A stretch of 63,999 bases of DNA, filler included, from Gonapodya sp. JEL0774 (GCA_027604505.1; 10 parts of 10 records of this genome joined end to end with filler, not necessarily neighbours in it); one strand, 5' to 3'. Counted from the first letter of the whole stretch, positions 1 to 13,074 are shown. Notes: a model not told the origin generated them from the sequence alone. Program-made: numbers and translations.

Positions 1-973
1 ATGACCCTCATCTTAAACGCCGCTGGCGCCGAAACCAGCGCAAACACCATGACCTGGACTCTATCATTTCTTCTTAAGTATCCAGACACCATGTCCAAGC
101 TCCGTAAAGAACTTGACCAAGAGTTTCCTGATGGACTCCAGAACCCTTTGGAGCTTGCTAAACTCAAAACTTTGCCATATCTGGACGCAGTGCTGAAAGA
201 AGCTATGAGGATCAGACCCGTAGCAGCGGCGATATATAGAGAGGTACCGGAGGACACATCAATCACGACGACGGATGAGAACGGGAAAGAACAGACCATT
301 GGAATTCCAAAAGGCACGGTGGTACGTAGGGGAATCATTCTCAATTACGTTGTCGATCGTGTTCTCCTGCTGCATATTGGTTTGCGGTGCTTTGACCCTT
401 ACTTTTACAGGTTAACGTCGCATTCTATACCATGCACAATAGTCCCCATTGTGAGTTTGCGAGTGAATTGTCGTGTTTAATTCGACTTCAACTAACCTGA
501 ATTCAGTATGGCTCCGCCCTCACGAGTTCTTACCGGAGCGATGGCTCGCCGAATCTTTGGATGTGAATGCTCAAGAACGAGATGAAGAAGCGTGGGGTGT
601 TCACTCGACATCAGGACCGAAGGGTGAAGGAAACGAATCTCGAGCAGTGTGGGGGCGCCCAAAATTGACCAATAAGGACGCCTTCTTCGCATTCTCGGAG
701 GGCTCCAGGTGAGGTTACATATGCCGCAGGCGGACACGTGCACAGGAAAATTAGCTCATCAATCCATGTTCAACTGTTCAAAAAAATAGGGACTGCATAG
801 GAAAGAACTTCGCCCTCAACGAAATGCGCAAACTTCTCGCATATCTCATTCGCCGATTTGATATTGAACCGGATTATGACACCAGTGAGAATATCGAAGG
901 GGCCTCGCTCGTGACTTTAACCCCAGATCGAAAGGGAGGACTGCCAGTGAAGCTGAAACTTCGCACGGATTAA
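1..973 (+). CDS. Cytochrome P450, 3' portion (probably 5'-truncated); exons about 1-321, 411-450, 507-708, 790-973
   Basis: I-helix AGAETS, ExxR (EAMR) and PERW are present. The heme motif FSEGSR/DCIG is restored by splicing the GT-AG introns at 322-410, 451-506 and 709-789. Stop TAA at 971-973. Confidence 0.93.
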
Positions 974-1282
974 CTGACATTCATTCTTCGCGAAAGCTGT
1001 ATCTGCTGACTTGGTGGTTGGCTAGGCAGACTAGGTTGTCCCGCAAAATAAAGTTCGGCATAATGTAGCGAACTCGGAATACACTCTAGCTCCTCTCTGC
1101 TTATATCTGACGCCTCTCAGCCCATTTTCTAATGAATCATTTTCATGGAAAGAGAATATCTATTGTTTACTGTTCACTTTGCGCCGTGAACTCTCGCACA
1201 GCTGCAATATCCAACAGAATCGCAGCAGCATTGATATTACATAAAGCGAAGTCATAAATGAACCAGGTATCGATTCCCGAGG

Positions 1283-2173
1283 TCAATTCTGTCCGACATA
1301 CTTGAACTACGAAGTGGATTTGAGGGGAATCGTTGGACATGCATCGAACATGGACAACGCACAATACGAGCTTCAAACATACAATGACTCACCTTGCTCA
1401 CCCACTTGAGTTCCTTGCCTCCTTTACTTGTGAACGTACTCCGGCGGTATTGATACTTCTGCCCATCCTCGACTTCGATAGTCCATATAGCATCATTGGT
1501 CCAGGCGCCTTCCGGCACGGAGACAGTGTGCTTTTAGTTAAAACGGGACACTTTTTCATGAGCGCAGTTCCAACCATACTGGAAGAAAGAATGTGTGGTC
1601 TCACCACGTCAATTCTTGTGTCGTTCACCTTTGTGAACGACAGTTTCTGTTTGAATCCTTCCTCCCATTCGACAGGTGTGCCATCGAGAGGCCACGTGAC
1701 GGTGACCTGACCTGATAAACCTTGGCGGATGACCTCGAGGAACTCTTTGCCATCTTTCGTCTGAGCAGGGCAGGTGCAGATGGCGATTCATAATGAAATG
1801 AGATCCAAAAGACGGTGTTACCCACATAGATGCGCATGCGCGGCTGAGGTGTTACAAGCTTGACCGCTTTGCGGAGCATCCACTGAAATATATTGTAAAC
1901 CGATATGAGGGAATGGATGAAATTCGACGTGGTTCATGCCGATGAAGCCGATCATGGGGAAGGAAACCCACGTTCACGCCCTGAATCGTCAATATTTCGT
2001 CTACAACATTCCAATCAACCTCCTTAGTATCGAGCTGAAGTGAAGGAACAGGCGGGACGGATGATCCAACCCAAGGAATAAACTTTCACCAAACGAACTC
2101 TGATCGCAACCTCGAATTCTTGAAATCTCACCCAGGTCCCATTCCACTCGCTGTCAATCGTGGTTGTCATCAT
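1283..2173 (-). CDS. Small multi-exon conserved fungal hypothetical protein (possibly lipocalin/FABP-like beta-barrel)
   Basis: Spliced reading MMTTTIDSEWNGTW/LDTKEVDWNVVDEILTIQGVN/WMLRKAVKLVTP...WTNDAIWTIEVEDGQKYQYRRSTF. It resembles, from memory, a fungal family with the pattern NGKW..QGIGWLTRKA..WGFEEINGERRY. GT-AG introns are visible, but the 3' exon boundaries are uncertain. Confidence 0.55.
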
Positions 2174-3938
2174 TAAAGTTCCGGAAGAATGGTGGATTTA
2201 TGACGACGTGCGCTCGATCCTCGGCCACTACTGAGCCGTCGGCTGCACCAACAACACTATCACGTTTCTCCGCGATCGAAAATCATTACCGGTGTCCATC
2301 TTGCAAAATATTGAGATCTCTGTTGACAAATTGAAAGCCTGTGTGATCTGTCGTATGTACAACGGTGCCGTCCTCCAGATAACTAAAATCTCAAAGACCC
2401 GTTGAAATGTAATAGTAAACTAGTGTGGATCCGCACATATAACTGGAAAGCCGCTCTGCACTATGGGTGAGATTACCGTGGTTGGAAACTGATTGAACTG
2501 AATTTGTACGCAAAACTGATGTTCATAGTGATCATTGCGCATGCATTCCAAAACGTATTTAACGCGAGGATAAACTGAATCCCGATATTAAATATTGGGG
2601 CCATCAACTTACACGAAGGTGCCTCTATAGACAGGTTCCGAACCGGCTAACCAGTTATGGGTTTCGCTTGCGAGGGCAAAACGTCCGACTTACTCCGGAA
2701 TAAAATCGCGCCACAGCATGATGTGAACTCTTTAAAGTATTCTAGTTCTTGGTTACCCAGGTCCTATTGATGGGCCCAGGCGATATGGATGTCCGCCCCA
2801 ACCGACGTGTAGCAGGTAAAGCTGGAGAGAATCGCAAGTGATAGGGGGAGCAGGCCAACGACTCGTATTGGATGTCCTCCGTCAGTAGGATTCAGAAACT
2901 TTCATCGCCAAATTGTCGTCCATCTCACAATGGTCGACATCCAGGCTCAGGAGTACAGCTCTCCCCAGGGCACCACCACGTCATCCACAACTTGCCTTCC
3001 CGCGCCGACAACCTCCACCGACAATGGTCCCTTAAACGAGGCCGGACGCTCCGAGACCCTCACGTTGGTTATCCGGTCCGGGCCACGTGCGGTGAGGGAG
3101 TACCACAGTTGGCAGAAGTTGAAGACGTCAGGTGACGAGAGGTGAAGTGCATGGCAACGCCCCGTGGTCGAGAACTTGTACATCAAATCATTTGGACGTG
3201 CGCCGGAGACGGATCAGCCGCCGACCGTCAACATTTTCAATAAGGTTGCCAATTCCATCAGATAGCCAGAGCCGTTCATCGCCAACACTCGCTGGCTCCT
3301 GGACTCAATGCTCAAAGAGCGGACCGTTTGATCCACACGCAACCCCTCTCGGAGTTCACCACCACGCGCTATCCGAACCATCCACCACTCTTTAGCCGCA
3401 GTCCGCTCTGACTCATTTCAGGACCTGCATACTCGCCGCGAACATCTTTGGTAGATTGAACCGGTCGCAGCCAGACATCCGGTCCGAGAACGGACGGTGA
3501 CGGGGGACAGACACGCGAGAGCGAAACCAAAAGAGGAGGGCAGAACAAAAAACCAGGCGCCCTCGCGCGTTTGCGGAGTTGCGCTCATCACGTGGAATGG
3601 TATCGAAACGCCAATCCAAGCCACACACCATCTGGATTGCAAAGGCGTCCACAACAACAGGGGCATGTATCGTTATTCCCAACAAAGGACATCCGACATT
3701 CAGAACAGTGAATAAAAGCTACTGCATTGGCTATTGCATTGGCTTACATAACGACTAAGCAGCAGTTCCAAGTCGTTGGAAAATTGGTCCCATTTGATTG
3801 TGGAGAATTGCAAGTAACCAGATATCCGCTCTCAGACCCTGCTCGAACTTTCACAGCCGGGATAGTACTTGCGTCAGTACAACAAATACATCTCCCAAAG
3901 AAATCCCCTGGCTCTGAAGCTACATTGCGCCCGTGCCA

Positions 3939-5291
3939 TCAAGACCGGCCAGTCTCCAGCATCCATGGTGCATTCTCGTTCCGCCAAAACAACTTGGTCT
4001 TCTTTCCTAGCTCCTCTAGCACTGTTTGCACCCTCGCCACAAACACTCTGCACTTTTCTCGTCTTTCTTCGACGTTCCCATTTCGTCCTGTACCAATCCA
4101 TAAGACCACCGTCTCGGCTCCAGTTGCCGCGAAGAAGTTTCCCCACCAAATAGCTTTCAGCATGGCTTCGTTCGAGTTCCTCACCTTTGTGTCCCTAAAC
4201 GGTCCACTACATTCCACAAAAACGAGGTTGGGCAGTCGTGAAGCAATGTCAAATGTTGTAGTGACAGGCAATGTTTCCAATTCCAACGAGATCAGATTGC
4301 CATTAATAAGCAGCGTATGAACAGATCCCAGAGCAATCAAATTTGCGGACCCTGGACTGGTTGTCGGTGGGGCAACTCGCGCGAATGCGAGTGGTGGAAC
4401 TTGGAGCCTTTCCACCGATGGAAACCGATTACTGATGATCTCGAAAACATATTCGGGGTTCGGGAGATCAAACCGTGGGAGCTTTAGTTCTGTGATTGTC
4501 CGACAGACGGGGCCCAAGGTGTCAGCGCTTCTTTCTAGGAAATGTGCTGCTCTCAAAGGATCAAGGATCCGCCCATCGTAACTCGTTGTCAAGCTGCGTA
4601 AGTTACAGAAGAACGAGCTGGTGATGCGCCGCAGACCCGGGCCAGCTGCTTGGACATCATCCCAGTTCCAAAACAAGTGTCCGGGAACTGCGAGCTTCTT
4701 AATAGCTGAACTCTGTGCCGACTCGTCTGGTCTTTGCTCATTGACCGCGGCTACCACTCCCTCCAGCCCGTCAAGCCCCACTGTCCACCTGAATGGGTTC
4801 AACCATACCTCACCAGTGATGCCGCAGTCAGGGGAGCACAAGAACCCCGCGATATCGCGGGAATACGTCCTCAGTAGAGTGGACGCACTATTGTCCATGC
4901 ATAAGGTTCCGACGCTGCCGACTCCTATTATCGCAAAATTCCAGGAGAACGGTACCATAGCCTGGCGGAGGTCATCCTGCATTCGATGCAGTTCACTCAT
5001 GGGTACAGCAGTCGTGATGCAGCCGGCGACATGAAATTTGCCGCCCTTCGTCGTCACTGTCTGGAATTGTGCGTATGGTTTGATGGATGGCGCGTCTTCA
5101 AGAATTGGGTCGTCGGGCTGCGCAAGATGTACATCGACGAGCACAAACGGACGGACTCCGTCGGTCACAAAAGCCAACGATGCATCATGAAGTCGTCGAC
5201 ACACGGGGACCAGGCGGGTTAAAACGTTGCTGGGGGAGAGGGAGAGGATGATCCAACGCAGGAGTTCGTCGGGGAGCGAAAGGAGTGGCAT
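3939..5291 (-). CDS. F-box protein with degenerate LRR-like C-terminus
   Basis: Long intronless ORF. N-terminal LLSLPDELLRWIILSLSPSNVLTRLVPVCRRL is an F-box, followed by LxxL-type segments (NLRSL, ITELKL, LPNLVFV). Confidence 0.75.
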   Translation of the reverse strand: MPLLSLPDELLRWIILSLSPSNVLTRLVPVCRRLHDASLAFVTDGVRPFVLVDVHLAQPDDPILEDAPSIKPYAQFQTVTTKGGKFHVAGCITTAVPMSELHRMQDDLRQAMVPFSWNFAIIGVGSVGTLCMDNSASTLLRTYSRDIAGFLCSPDCGITGEVWLNPFRWTVGLDGLEGVVAAVNEQRPDESAQSSAIKKLAVPGHLFWNWDDVQAAGPGLRRITSSFFCNLRSLTTSYDGRILDPLRAAHFLERSADTLGPVCRTITELKLPRFDLPNPEYVFEIISNRFPSVERLQVPPLAFARVAPPTTSPGSANLIALGSVHTLLINGNLISLELETLPVTTTFDIASRLPNLVFVECSGPFRDTKVRNSNEAMLKAIWWGNFFAATGAETVVLWIGTGRNGNVEERREKCRVFVARVQTVLEELGKKTKLFWRNENAPWMLETGRS

Positions 5292-5869
5292 CGATGGAAG
5301 ACGGCAGAACACAGGAAAGTCTAGGAGTCTGTTTGGTTTTACGGGGATTGTTTTCAATGCCCCGTCTGTTGTAGTCCGAAAATTGGGGCGGTTGCTACCT
5401 GGTGTTCGCAGGCGCCGGACCCTTCAATGTTCACAGGATGCCCCCTCGTCCTCCGTACAAATCGCGGGAAAAGAACAGTAACTGCTTCCAAAATCCTGTT
5501 GGACATTGAGAGGAGAAAATGAACCTTCCCGCGAGGATGCCCGTCTTGCAATGTCGATTTTGCGAACATGATGAGATCAGAAATCAATGACGAGCAGATT
5601 CACCATCGCGTTTGTCTCTCTCGCATTGATGTAATCCGTAGAAGAAGATGGAAGTTCGGGACTCGGGAAAATGAAAACGAGTCGGGTTGGTCGCTGTGTC
5701 GGAAGCACTCGAATTGCTTACAAAATGAGTTGGGGGCATTTGATTTTGAATTCGTTTAACCGCATTTGGGACATCGCGCAATCGCTTTTCGGATCCATTG
5801 GCTTATGTAACACATGGTTCGAATATAAATAGAAGAGTTTTCCTCATCGAGGGAATACGAACGAACAGA

Positions 5870-6438
5870 ATGTCCTCAACCGTCTACCTAGTTACAGGAG
5901 CCAACCGCGGTATCGGCAAAGGCCTCGTCACTGCCCTCCTTCTTCGCCAAAACACAGTTGTGATTGCTGGTGTCCGTGACCCCTCCCGCTCCACCGATCT
6001 CGGACAGCTTCCCACAGGGAAAGACAGCAGGCTCATTGTCGTCAAGTATGTCGCAGGCGACGACGCTTCTGCATCAGATGCCATAAAAGCACTCCAAGAT
6101 CAGCACCAGATTGTTCATATCGATGTTGTGATTGCCAATGCTGGGATTGCTAGCCTTATTGCCACAGCGGCGGAAAGTCCTGCCTCAGGATTTCGTGACC
6201 ACTTCGAAGTCAACACGATAGCCCCGGTATTGCTTTTCCAAGCAACTTTGCCTTTGCTCGTGAAGTCATCAAGTCCCAAGTTCGTGGCAATCTCGTCTGG
6301 GATAGGAAGTGTGGGGGACATGGAATCCATGCCGTTCCCTTTCGGGGCATATGGTGCAAGTAAAGCAGCACTCAACTACATTGTGAGGAAAATTCACTTC
6401 GAGAATCAAAACATCATTGCGTTTCCGTTGAGTCCGGG
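5870..6438 (+). CDS. Short-chain dehydrogenase/reductase (Nor-1-like ketoreductase), truncated at contig end
   Basis: TGANRGIG (TGxxxGxG), IANAG, catalytic YGASK (YxxxK). Confidence 0.92.
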
Positions 6439-6538
6439 NNNNNNNNNNNNNNNNNNNNNNNNNNNNNNNNNNNNNNNNNNNNTTAATTAATTAANNNNNN
6501 NNNNNNNNNNNNNNNNNNNNNNNNNNNNNNNNNNNNNN
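6439..6538. other. Artificial contig spacer (N44-TTAATTAATTAA-N44)
   Basis: 100 nt with a six-frame stop linker. Confidence 0.99.
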
Positions 6539-6551
6539 CCGGAGTTGACAG

Positions 6552-7844
6552 ATGAAGCGCTTCAAGTTACCACCAACGTTCAAAAGTATGAGGTTTTATG
6601 TTGTGAGTGGAGGTGATGTCCTCTATGGAGTGTTGCCCCGGGCCTTCAGTCTCCTCAATGATACATTTCCGAATGTTTTCCACTCGCACCATCCCCGCTT
6701 TCATACCTTAGACAACTCCGGCCTCTCGTATCCAGACTCAGTCCCACTCGACCGCCGAGGTTTTCGTTCCCTATTCAAGGGCGGACGATACCGCGAAGAT
6801 GCTCTCCGTCAGGGATGGAGGGACGAAGAGGCGGAATCCGACCCCGACAGTGAAACTCCGGATGAGGAGGGAGGGGACGACGGGAGTGATGGCGATGACA
6901 ATGATGGTGGTGGGAGCGATGGGAGCTATAAGGTCGGCAGGGGACGAGTAGCGGCAGGAAGGGCAAAGAGGAACGGCACAGGAGATGCCGGCAACGAAGA
7001 TGAAGGTGGATCATCGGGTCCCCGCCGAAGCCCTCGCGTCAAACGTCAACGTCAACGCATTGAGGAGGTCAACATTTCTGGTTCTGAGGAAGACGATGAC
7101 ATGTGGGAAACAGAGGGGAGCGATGGGGGCAAGTCCGACTTTTCCGAACTAGAGGCATTTTTGTCACATGTTGTTGACGAGATGGACGAGGATGTGGTAT
7201 CGGACGTGGATCCAGAAGGAACGGGTGACGGAGAGTCTGATGACGACCATCACGATCACTTCCACGATCACTTCCACGACCACAACGACGACGGAGATCA
7301 CGCTCACGATCATCCCTCAGTATCGTGGGGATGGAGGTTTCTCATGCAAGCGCCTGAGGATAGTGATTCGGATATTGAGGACGGTGACGAGAGTTGGGAA
7401 GACATCGCGGCGGAAGGTGTGGATCCGGTTGATGGTCCGGAAGCTGCCAGTGACGGTTCTAAAGATGGCGAAGTGAACGCAGGCATCCGTCTTCGTTCAA
7501 GGAACAGTGCTCGCGACGCAAGTCCCGATGATAGTGGTTCGGGTGCTGATCGTGAAACGGGATCTAATGATGCGCGCAAGAGCAAGAGGAGACGCAAAAG
7601 CCAAACACCATCGACTGACAAGGACGGCGAAACGAAGGCAAAGAAGAAGTCGAGACGGGGTGGACGGGGTAGCGGAAGTGGTTCACGAACGGACCAGTCC
7701 CAGCTCAACGCAGAGGGGTCCAAAAGTGGCGAGTTGTCAAAAGGTGATGCGAGCCCGGATGATGTGGATAATGCAGATGGACAGAGTGAAGAGGAGTCCC
7801 GCAGTACAAGGAGATCTTCGAGGCGGGAAAGAAGGGGCGCTTGA
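6552..7844 (+). CDS. 3' part of an unknown gene: long acidic/basic low-complexity region with a His/Asp-rich tract
   Basis: 430-codon open frame from the contig start. It is rich in D/E/G/S, has basic NLS-like clusters, and contains DDHHDHFHDHFHDHNDDGDHAHDH. Confidence 0.6.
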   Translation: MKRFKLPPTFKSMRFYVVSGGDVLYGVLPRAFSLLNDTFPNVFHSHHPRFHTLDNSGLSYPDSVPLDRRGFRSLFKGGRYREDALRQGWRDEEAESDPDSETPDEEGGDDGSDGDDNDGGGSDGSYKVGRGRVAAGRAKRNGTGDAGNEDEGGSSGPRRSPRVKRQRQRIEEVNISGSEEDDDMWETEGSDGGKSDFSELEAFLSHVVDEMDEDVVSDVDPEGTGDGESDDDHHDHFHDHFHDHNDDGDHAHDHPSVSWGWRFLMQAPEDSDSDIEDGDESWEDIAAEGVDPVDGPEAASDGSKDGEVNAGIRLRSRNSARDASPDDSGSGADRETGSNDARKSKRRRKSQTPSTDKDGETKAKKKSRRGGRGSGSGSRTDQSQLNAEGSKSGELSKGDASPDDVDNADGQSEEESRSTRRSSRRERRGA

Positions 7845-8119
7845 GCGAACTACAAATGTGTGAGAGGTATGATTTGAGAAATAATTAATATGATTTTGAT
7901 TTTGGAAGTGATTGCGTAGTCACACGTTCTGGTTACAAAATCGCTTGAGTGGGGCTGTAAAATATGGTCATCTTTGCACGCGATAACCCACGCAGAATTG
8001 AGCACTGAGTCGGCGATATATCGCCGCAGCAGCGTTTCGTACGGACTCCATAATGTGAAAATAATGTTCTTATTCGCAATCGGTCAAAGTACAACCTCTC
8101 ATAGATAACTGACTCCATG

Positions 8120-9858
8120 TCACGCGGCAATGGTCCTCGCATGATTGAAATCCCTACGCTTTTCCACCCTCCTTCAACGCCAGCAACTGCCTCGTCCGGA
8201 ACGCTTCGTAGTGCACCATTGCGGTAGTATCAATAAGGTCCTGCAAGTGAGTACGGGTAAGGAACTGGCGGAGGTGGGGGAACTCGCAGTGTGTTGGGTC
8301 TTCGACTGTTGTTCATGACACAGATCCAAAGGCGGTTCAAATAGCAGTCAAACGGATGAGAGGCGGCTGAGCACCTACCATTGATGGTTCCCCACTTCGT
8401 TTTGCGACCGCGAACCATTTTACCACCAACACTGACAAGTTGTTCGGAGCCAACGATGGCAAAGGGGACGATTGCCTGTGTCGGTGGAATATCACTTTGT
8501 CAGTCCAGCCTCTCGCATCGAGCCCAACCGATTCGTACACCATGAGTGTCCTCAACTCACCGCGACAACCTTGTCCTCCTCCTCCTCGCCAATATCCCCT
8601 TCCCATCCTTCCACATCAACACCTACGACCTTCTTGGCCGTGCGCCCTTTCGGGTAGTACTCGATGCCGTTGAAGTCCAGCTCCTTCCGGACACGCTCCT
8701 TGAAAGATTCACGCTCAGCCAGGGTCAGAGAGTCGGCCTTGGAGATGACGGGGACAACGTTGCAGATGGAGGAGAGGGCACGGAGGACGGTAATGTCGAT
8801 GGGGCGGAGTCTATTGAGAGGGAGGAGGCCCAAAGTGTTCCTATGAGCTTTCACGAGAGAAGAGCACAACCTTGGATAACTGCTGAAATATGTCCGAACG
8901 GTTTCGGGATCACGACCAAGACTCAAAATTTGGTGACATTCACCGCTCCCTTTTGTCTGTTTTGGGAACCCTGAACCATCTATGACATCACGGTGTCAGC
9001 TCAACTCACGCGTGACCACTGGGTTCAATAAAGTACAATACACAGTGCACCCTCGTGTCGGGAATCCGTTTCTCCCTCTGGGGTGTCAGTTCGCGCCTCA
9101 AGAACGCGGCGTACTGCTCCTTGACGTAGCGAACAATTGCGTCCCAGCAAGCGTCGTTGTTGACTTGGTCTCCGAAACCGGGGGTGTCGATGATGGTGAG
9201 ACGGAGGCGGACGCTGTTTTCTTCGAGAACTAGTGGGGGAGTGCGTGGAACAGTTCGAACCTCAGCGTCTGTATTATCCTCAACGTGCAAGCGCAGACAT
9301 CCATGTTCTGTCCATACCGGAAGACGGAGCTTCCTAGTCACACAATCGCTCAGTAGGCCAACTTTCGTTTATGTGTGATGCTTTGCGAGTTCCATCGCCA
9401 TCTTGAAATCTATGCATCCTTACTCTTCTCCCGACCACTGAAAAGTCACTTTCTGGGGAGGGGCTTCCCCGAAAATCGCTTCGCGAGATCTCCCCGGTGT
9501 GACCAGCAATATCAACTCACGGTGCGTTACTGCCTGGATCTCAGTAGTACTTTTGACATCTGCTGCACTCCTGGGACCCTGGTCCTCCATCACGTGGGCA
9601 GCGTACAAGGTGTTGACCAAGGTGGTTTTACCCGATCCCGTAGGGCCGACGAGCATGAGGTTGAAGCGGAAGCCTTGTTGGAGGAATTTGCGCTCGTTTT
9701 GGCGGAGGATTGTGTCGAAACCGACATAGTCGGTCAGTGGAATCTTGGGTGGTGAATTAACGCAATGGTTGAGCAAACCGTAAGAGCAAAATCTATCGGT
9801 GAATGTTTCAGAGCACTCTGGTGGTCCGTTGAATATAATGAACCTTTTCCTGAATCAT
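8120..9858 (-). CDS. CDC10: Septin, Cdc10 group (multi-exon)
   Basis: YVGFDTI, G1 GPTGSGKTT, G3 DTPGFGD, DTRVHCVLYFI, G4 SKAD, RGRKTKWG and HYEAFRTRQL are present. The short C-terminus has no coiled coil, as in Cdc10. Confidence 0.88.
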
Positions 9859-10113
9859 GGGGATTGAGTGCAACCTGTGTCACGCTCACAAATGAGAGGC
9901 ACCAGGCGATGTCAAAGAGCGTGGGTTCTCTCCAAAGAGGCGAGACGTTCTAACGAAGGATTAACGACCCGAATTTCCGGTGTGACGTGTGCTGATGTGG
10001 GATACTCCCCAATACGCCACATTCGAAAGGTGTCAAGCCCACCCCTTCTCTCCACCTCCACGCTTCATTGGAAATCAAAGTACGGATCTCATCCTCCGAC
10101 TGACCTTTTTCAG

Positions 10114-11491
10114 CCCAGGGGGTCCAGCTGGTGCCGGAGCAGGGGCAGGAGGAGCGGGAGCAGCCATGTTGGTTCAGGGAGAATGGAACGAAGAAAGGCA
10201 GAAACAAAGCGATGTCGATGTGATAGAAGACGACACGCGGGCAGCGGGAGAGCGGGTCGTGCGATTTGCGACCTGTACAAGAAGCTTTCTGGAAGGAGCA
10301 AGTGGCACACAAGGAGTGCTGGTTGGTTCCCCTGTGGAGTGTCACATATTTGGTGCCACAATCCGGTGTTGAAACCCACGCTCTCATTTCCGGACGAGAA
10401 ATCTTCAATGCAATTGACATCCCCATCCCCCGACAGCGAGATAGACTCAGCGACCATCGAAAACGGGGACAAACTCCTGGAGCTCACCGAGTCTCGAGAA
10501 GACGGATACCGAGCGCTGATCGGAGTGTACTCTCAATTCTGGAGGGATGCGGACGCTGGTGCTGACAATTACACGCGTCACACATCGACTGTGAAGCGCA
10601 AGCGTCGCCAACTGGCTGTGAATCAGGGAATTGAAGCGGTTTCAGTGCTTGCCTTCAGCGAAAGTCCAGCTGCACGGAAACTTTGCACCATCCTCTTCGC
10701 CAGCTCATGGGGCAGGGACATGGCCCTCCACTGCTTCCCGGACTCTCCGACTCGTGCCAGCGAGTCCACGTTCAATTATTGTATGCTGGCCATAAGATCT
10801 CCGGCCCTTCGCTCCCTCCTTGTTCGAACCCCCTCTCAAACTTCTTCCCCGTTTCATCGCAGCTGTCAAGGAGGCATTGCATGAAACACTCGCCTACTTT
10901 GTGTGCCGTAGTTCATCAGAGGAAACTGATGATACGATGGCAGGATTGGCCACTTCATGCCTCCAGGTCCTCTGCGATCTCTGTGCGATGTTCGACAGCA
11001 CTACTGCGGGGCGCTATGTCACGTTACTAGAGGGATTTGGAAAGCTGCACTCATTGCTATCAGTCTATATTCGTGCTTGGACAAATGGCAGTCGATTGGA
11101 CGAACTTGAAGGAATGCTCGCGTGTTACTTTTCCCATGTGAAGGTCCTCGCCGGTACGTTTGACTTAAAATTTAACATTTTGCGGTTGGTGCCACCGACA
11201 CTTGAAGTGCAAGATCCAACTGAATGGGTTGCTGAGAGACGGAAAGCAACCAACAGGGCCTCCTTGGAGAGAATATGCGCAACCATTGGTTGCAACAACA
11301 TGGAATCCACAAAAACCTGCGCACGATGTGGAGTAGTCATGTATTGCAACGCGGATTGTCAGCGTGCACACTGGTCGCGACACAAGGTGGTGTGCCGCAA
11401 GGACTTTTGGAACGTGGAGGGAGTGGCGACGGACGTGCCGGAGATGTGGAGGGCGGTGATGCCGTTGGACAGTGTGGAGGAGGAAAATTAA
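10114..11491 (+). CDS. MYND-type zinc-finger protein (5' structure uncertain, apparent frameshift near 10830)
   Basis: C-terminal CATIGC...CARCGVVMYCNADCQRAHWSRHKVVC matches the zf-MYND consensus. Confidence 0.7.
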
Positions 11492-11851
11492 AGTACTGTA
11501 GAAAATCAAAAGCATTGATGCTGTTTTTCGGGCATCCCGTCGTCGTGGTGATAATCGCCGTACAGCTTGAATGGCAGTACTCTGCGTTGTCGTAAGGAAC
11601 GGTATTATTGTCGTGGTCCATCTGAATGATATCGAGTAATATGAGCACGCTAATTGCTACCAAAAATCCCACCTGTGTTCCGTTCATGAACATGATGACG
11701 TCGTGTGTCTTGCAGTGTGCACCGAGGCCTGCTCATGCACCCTTTTCTCAAAAGTCCCCGACTACACAAAAACATATTTTTACATTCAGCAACCTGTATA
11801 CACAAGAACCCCCTACCCCCAGTCTTCCCCTCCCAAGTCCCACCCCCGCGC

Positions 11852-12974
11852 TCACACCCCTGCCCCCCACCCCCACCTCCTGCCCACCTCTCTTCCAATA
11901 ACCTCCATCTCCCTCTTCCCACCACCACCAAGCACGGCCGCGTTCTCCTGCGCGCGGCGCAACAGGTACGGCACGCACACGTCCACGGGGCCGTAGGGGA
12001 CGTACTTGTGGGCCCGGTAGCCCAGCTGGGCGAGCGTGAGGGTGTGGATGTCCATCATGCCTTCGTGTGGGGTGGGAAAAGGTGGGGTTGGGTTGTGAGT
12101 GGGACGCAGAACGGCGGAAGAGGGGTTACGCGGGACGAGCAGCGCGCGTGTGCTGGCTCATGCTCACCGTACAACTGCGCGAAATTGACCACCCCACTAC
12201 CCGGTTCGAGCCCCACATCGTGCATGAGGTCCATCGCCTTGACGATGCTGTGTGAGTTGTGGGTGGCGATGATGAGCGACAGGTCGGTCCGGCCACGGGA
12301 GTACTGTGGGAGGACCGGGGCGTCGTGGTGTCGGGGTGGTGAACAGGGGTGAAGGGGTGGGAGCGGGGCACGTGGGAAAATATAGGGCCACCACGGGCGT
12401 CAAATGTCAGGTCCTTTATCCGCCCCCCACCCCCCGCGCCCGCCCTCCCCAACCACCCCGCCGACCCCCGCCACCCACCCACCTCCCGCAGCACCATCTC
12501 GACCGCCTCATCGTACGCCCTGTGCGTGTCCTCGATGGTCGCGTGGATGGGGTCCGGAATGCCTAACCTGTGCCGGTCCGGTCGGTCCAGTACAGTGCGG
12601 GTGCCGGGCCGGGTCGTACGAGGTGCGAGGGGCGAGGGGCGAGTGGTGTCGGTGGTGAGCAAACCACGCACCATCCGATACGCACCCCCACCCCCACGAC
12701 TCACTCCCCGGCCCTCTCCCTCTCCGACACCATGTAGGCCCCGCGGACCACTTTGACGCCGTACGCGTATCCACCCCTCTTACTCCGTTCCACCTCGTCT
12801 CTCAACCTCGCCACCCCGTCGCGGAGGTACATTTGCACGGTGGTGAAGAGGGTGACTTGTTCTTGTGCCGTGTCGGTCCCACGGTCACCGGCACCGGCGG
12901 AGCGCGAGTGCGCGTTGAACTCCTTCATACACTGCGCGACCACCTCGTCCACACCGGGTTGCACGGCCTGCCAC
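11852..12974 (-). CDS. PUT1: Proline dehydrogenase (proline oxidase), 3' portion, multi-exon
   Basis: TVQMYLRD, GVKVVRGAYM, IIATHN, FAQLYG/MMD, KYVPYGPVDVCVPYLLRRAQEN. Confidence 0.92.
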
Positions 12975-13074
12975 NNNNNNNNNNNNNNNNNNNNNNNNNN
13001 NNNNNNNNNNNNNNNNNNTTAATTAATTAANNNNNNNNNNNNNNNNNNNNNNNNNNNNNNNNNNNNNNNNNNNN
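12975..13074. other. Artificial contig spacer
   Basis: N44-TTAATTAATTAA-N44. Confidence 0.99.

Noticed and set aside
2872..3715. Short ORFs between the lipocalin-like and F-box genes
   Set aside because: No motifs and no consistent splice model could be supported.
6483..6494. Regularly spaced TTAATTAATTAA palindromes as a biological repeat
   Set aside because: They are always centred in N runs of fixed length, so they are an artificial six-frame stop linker.
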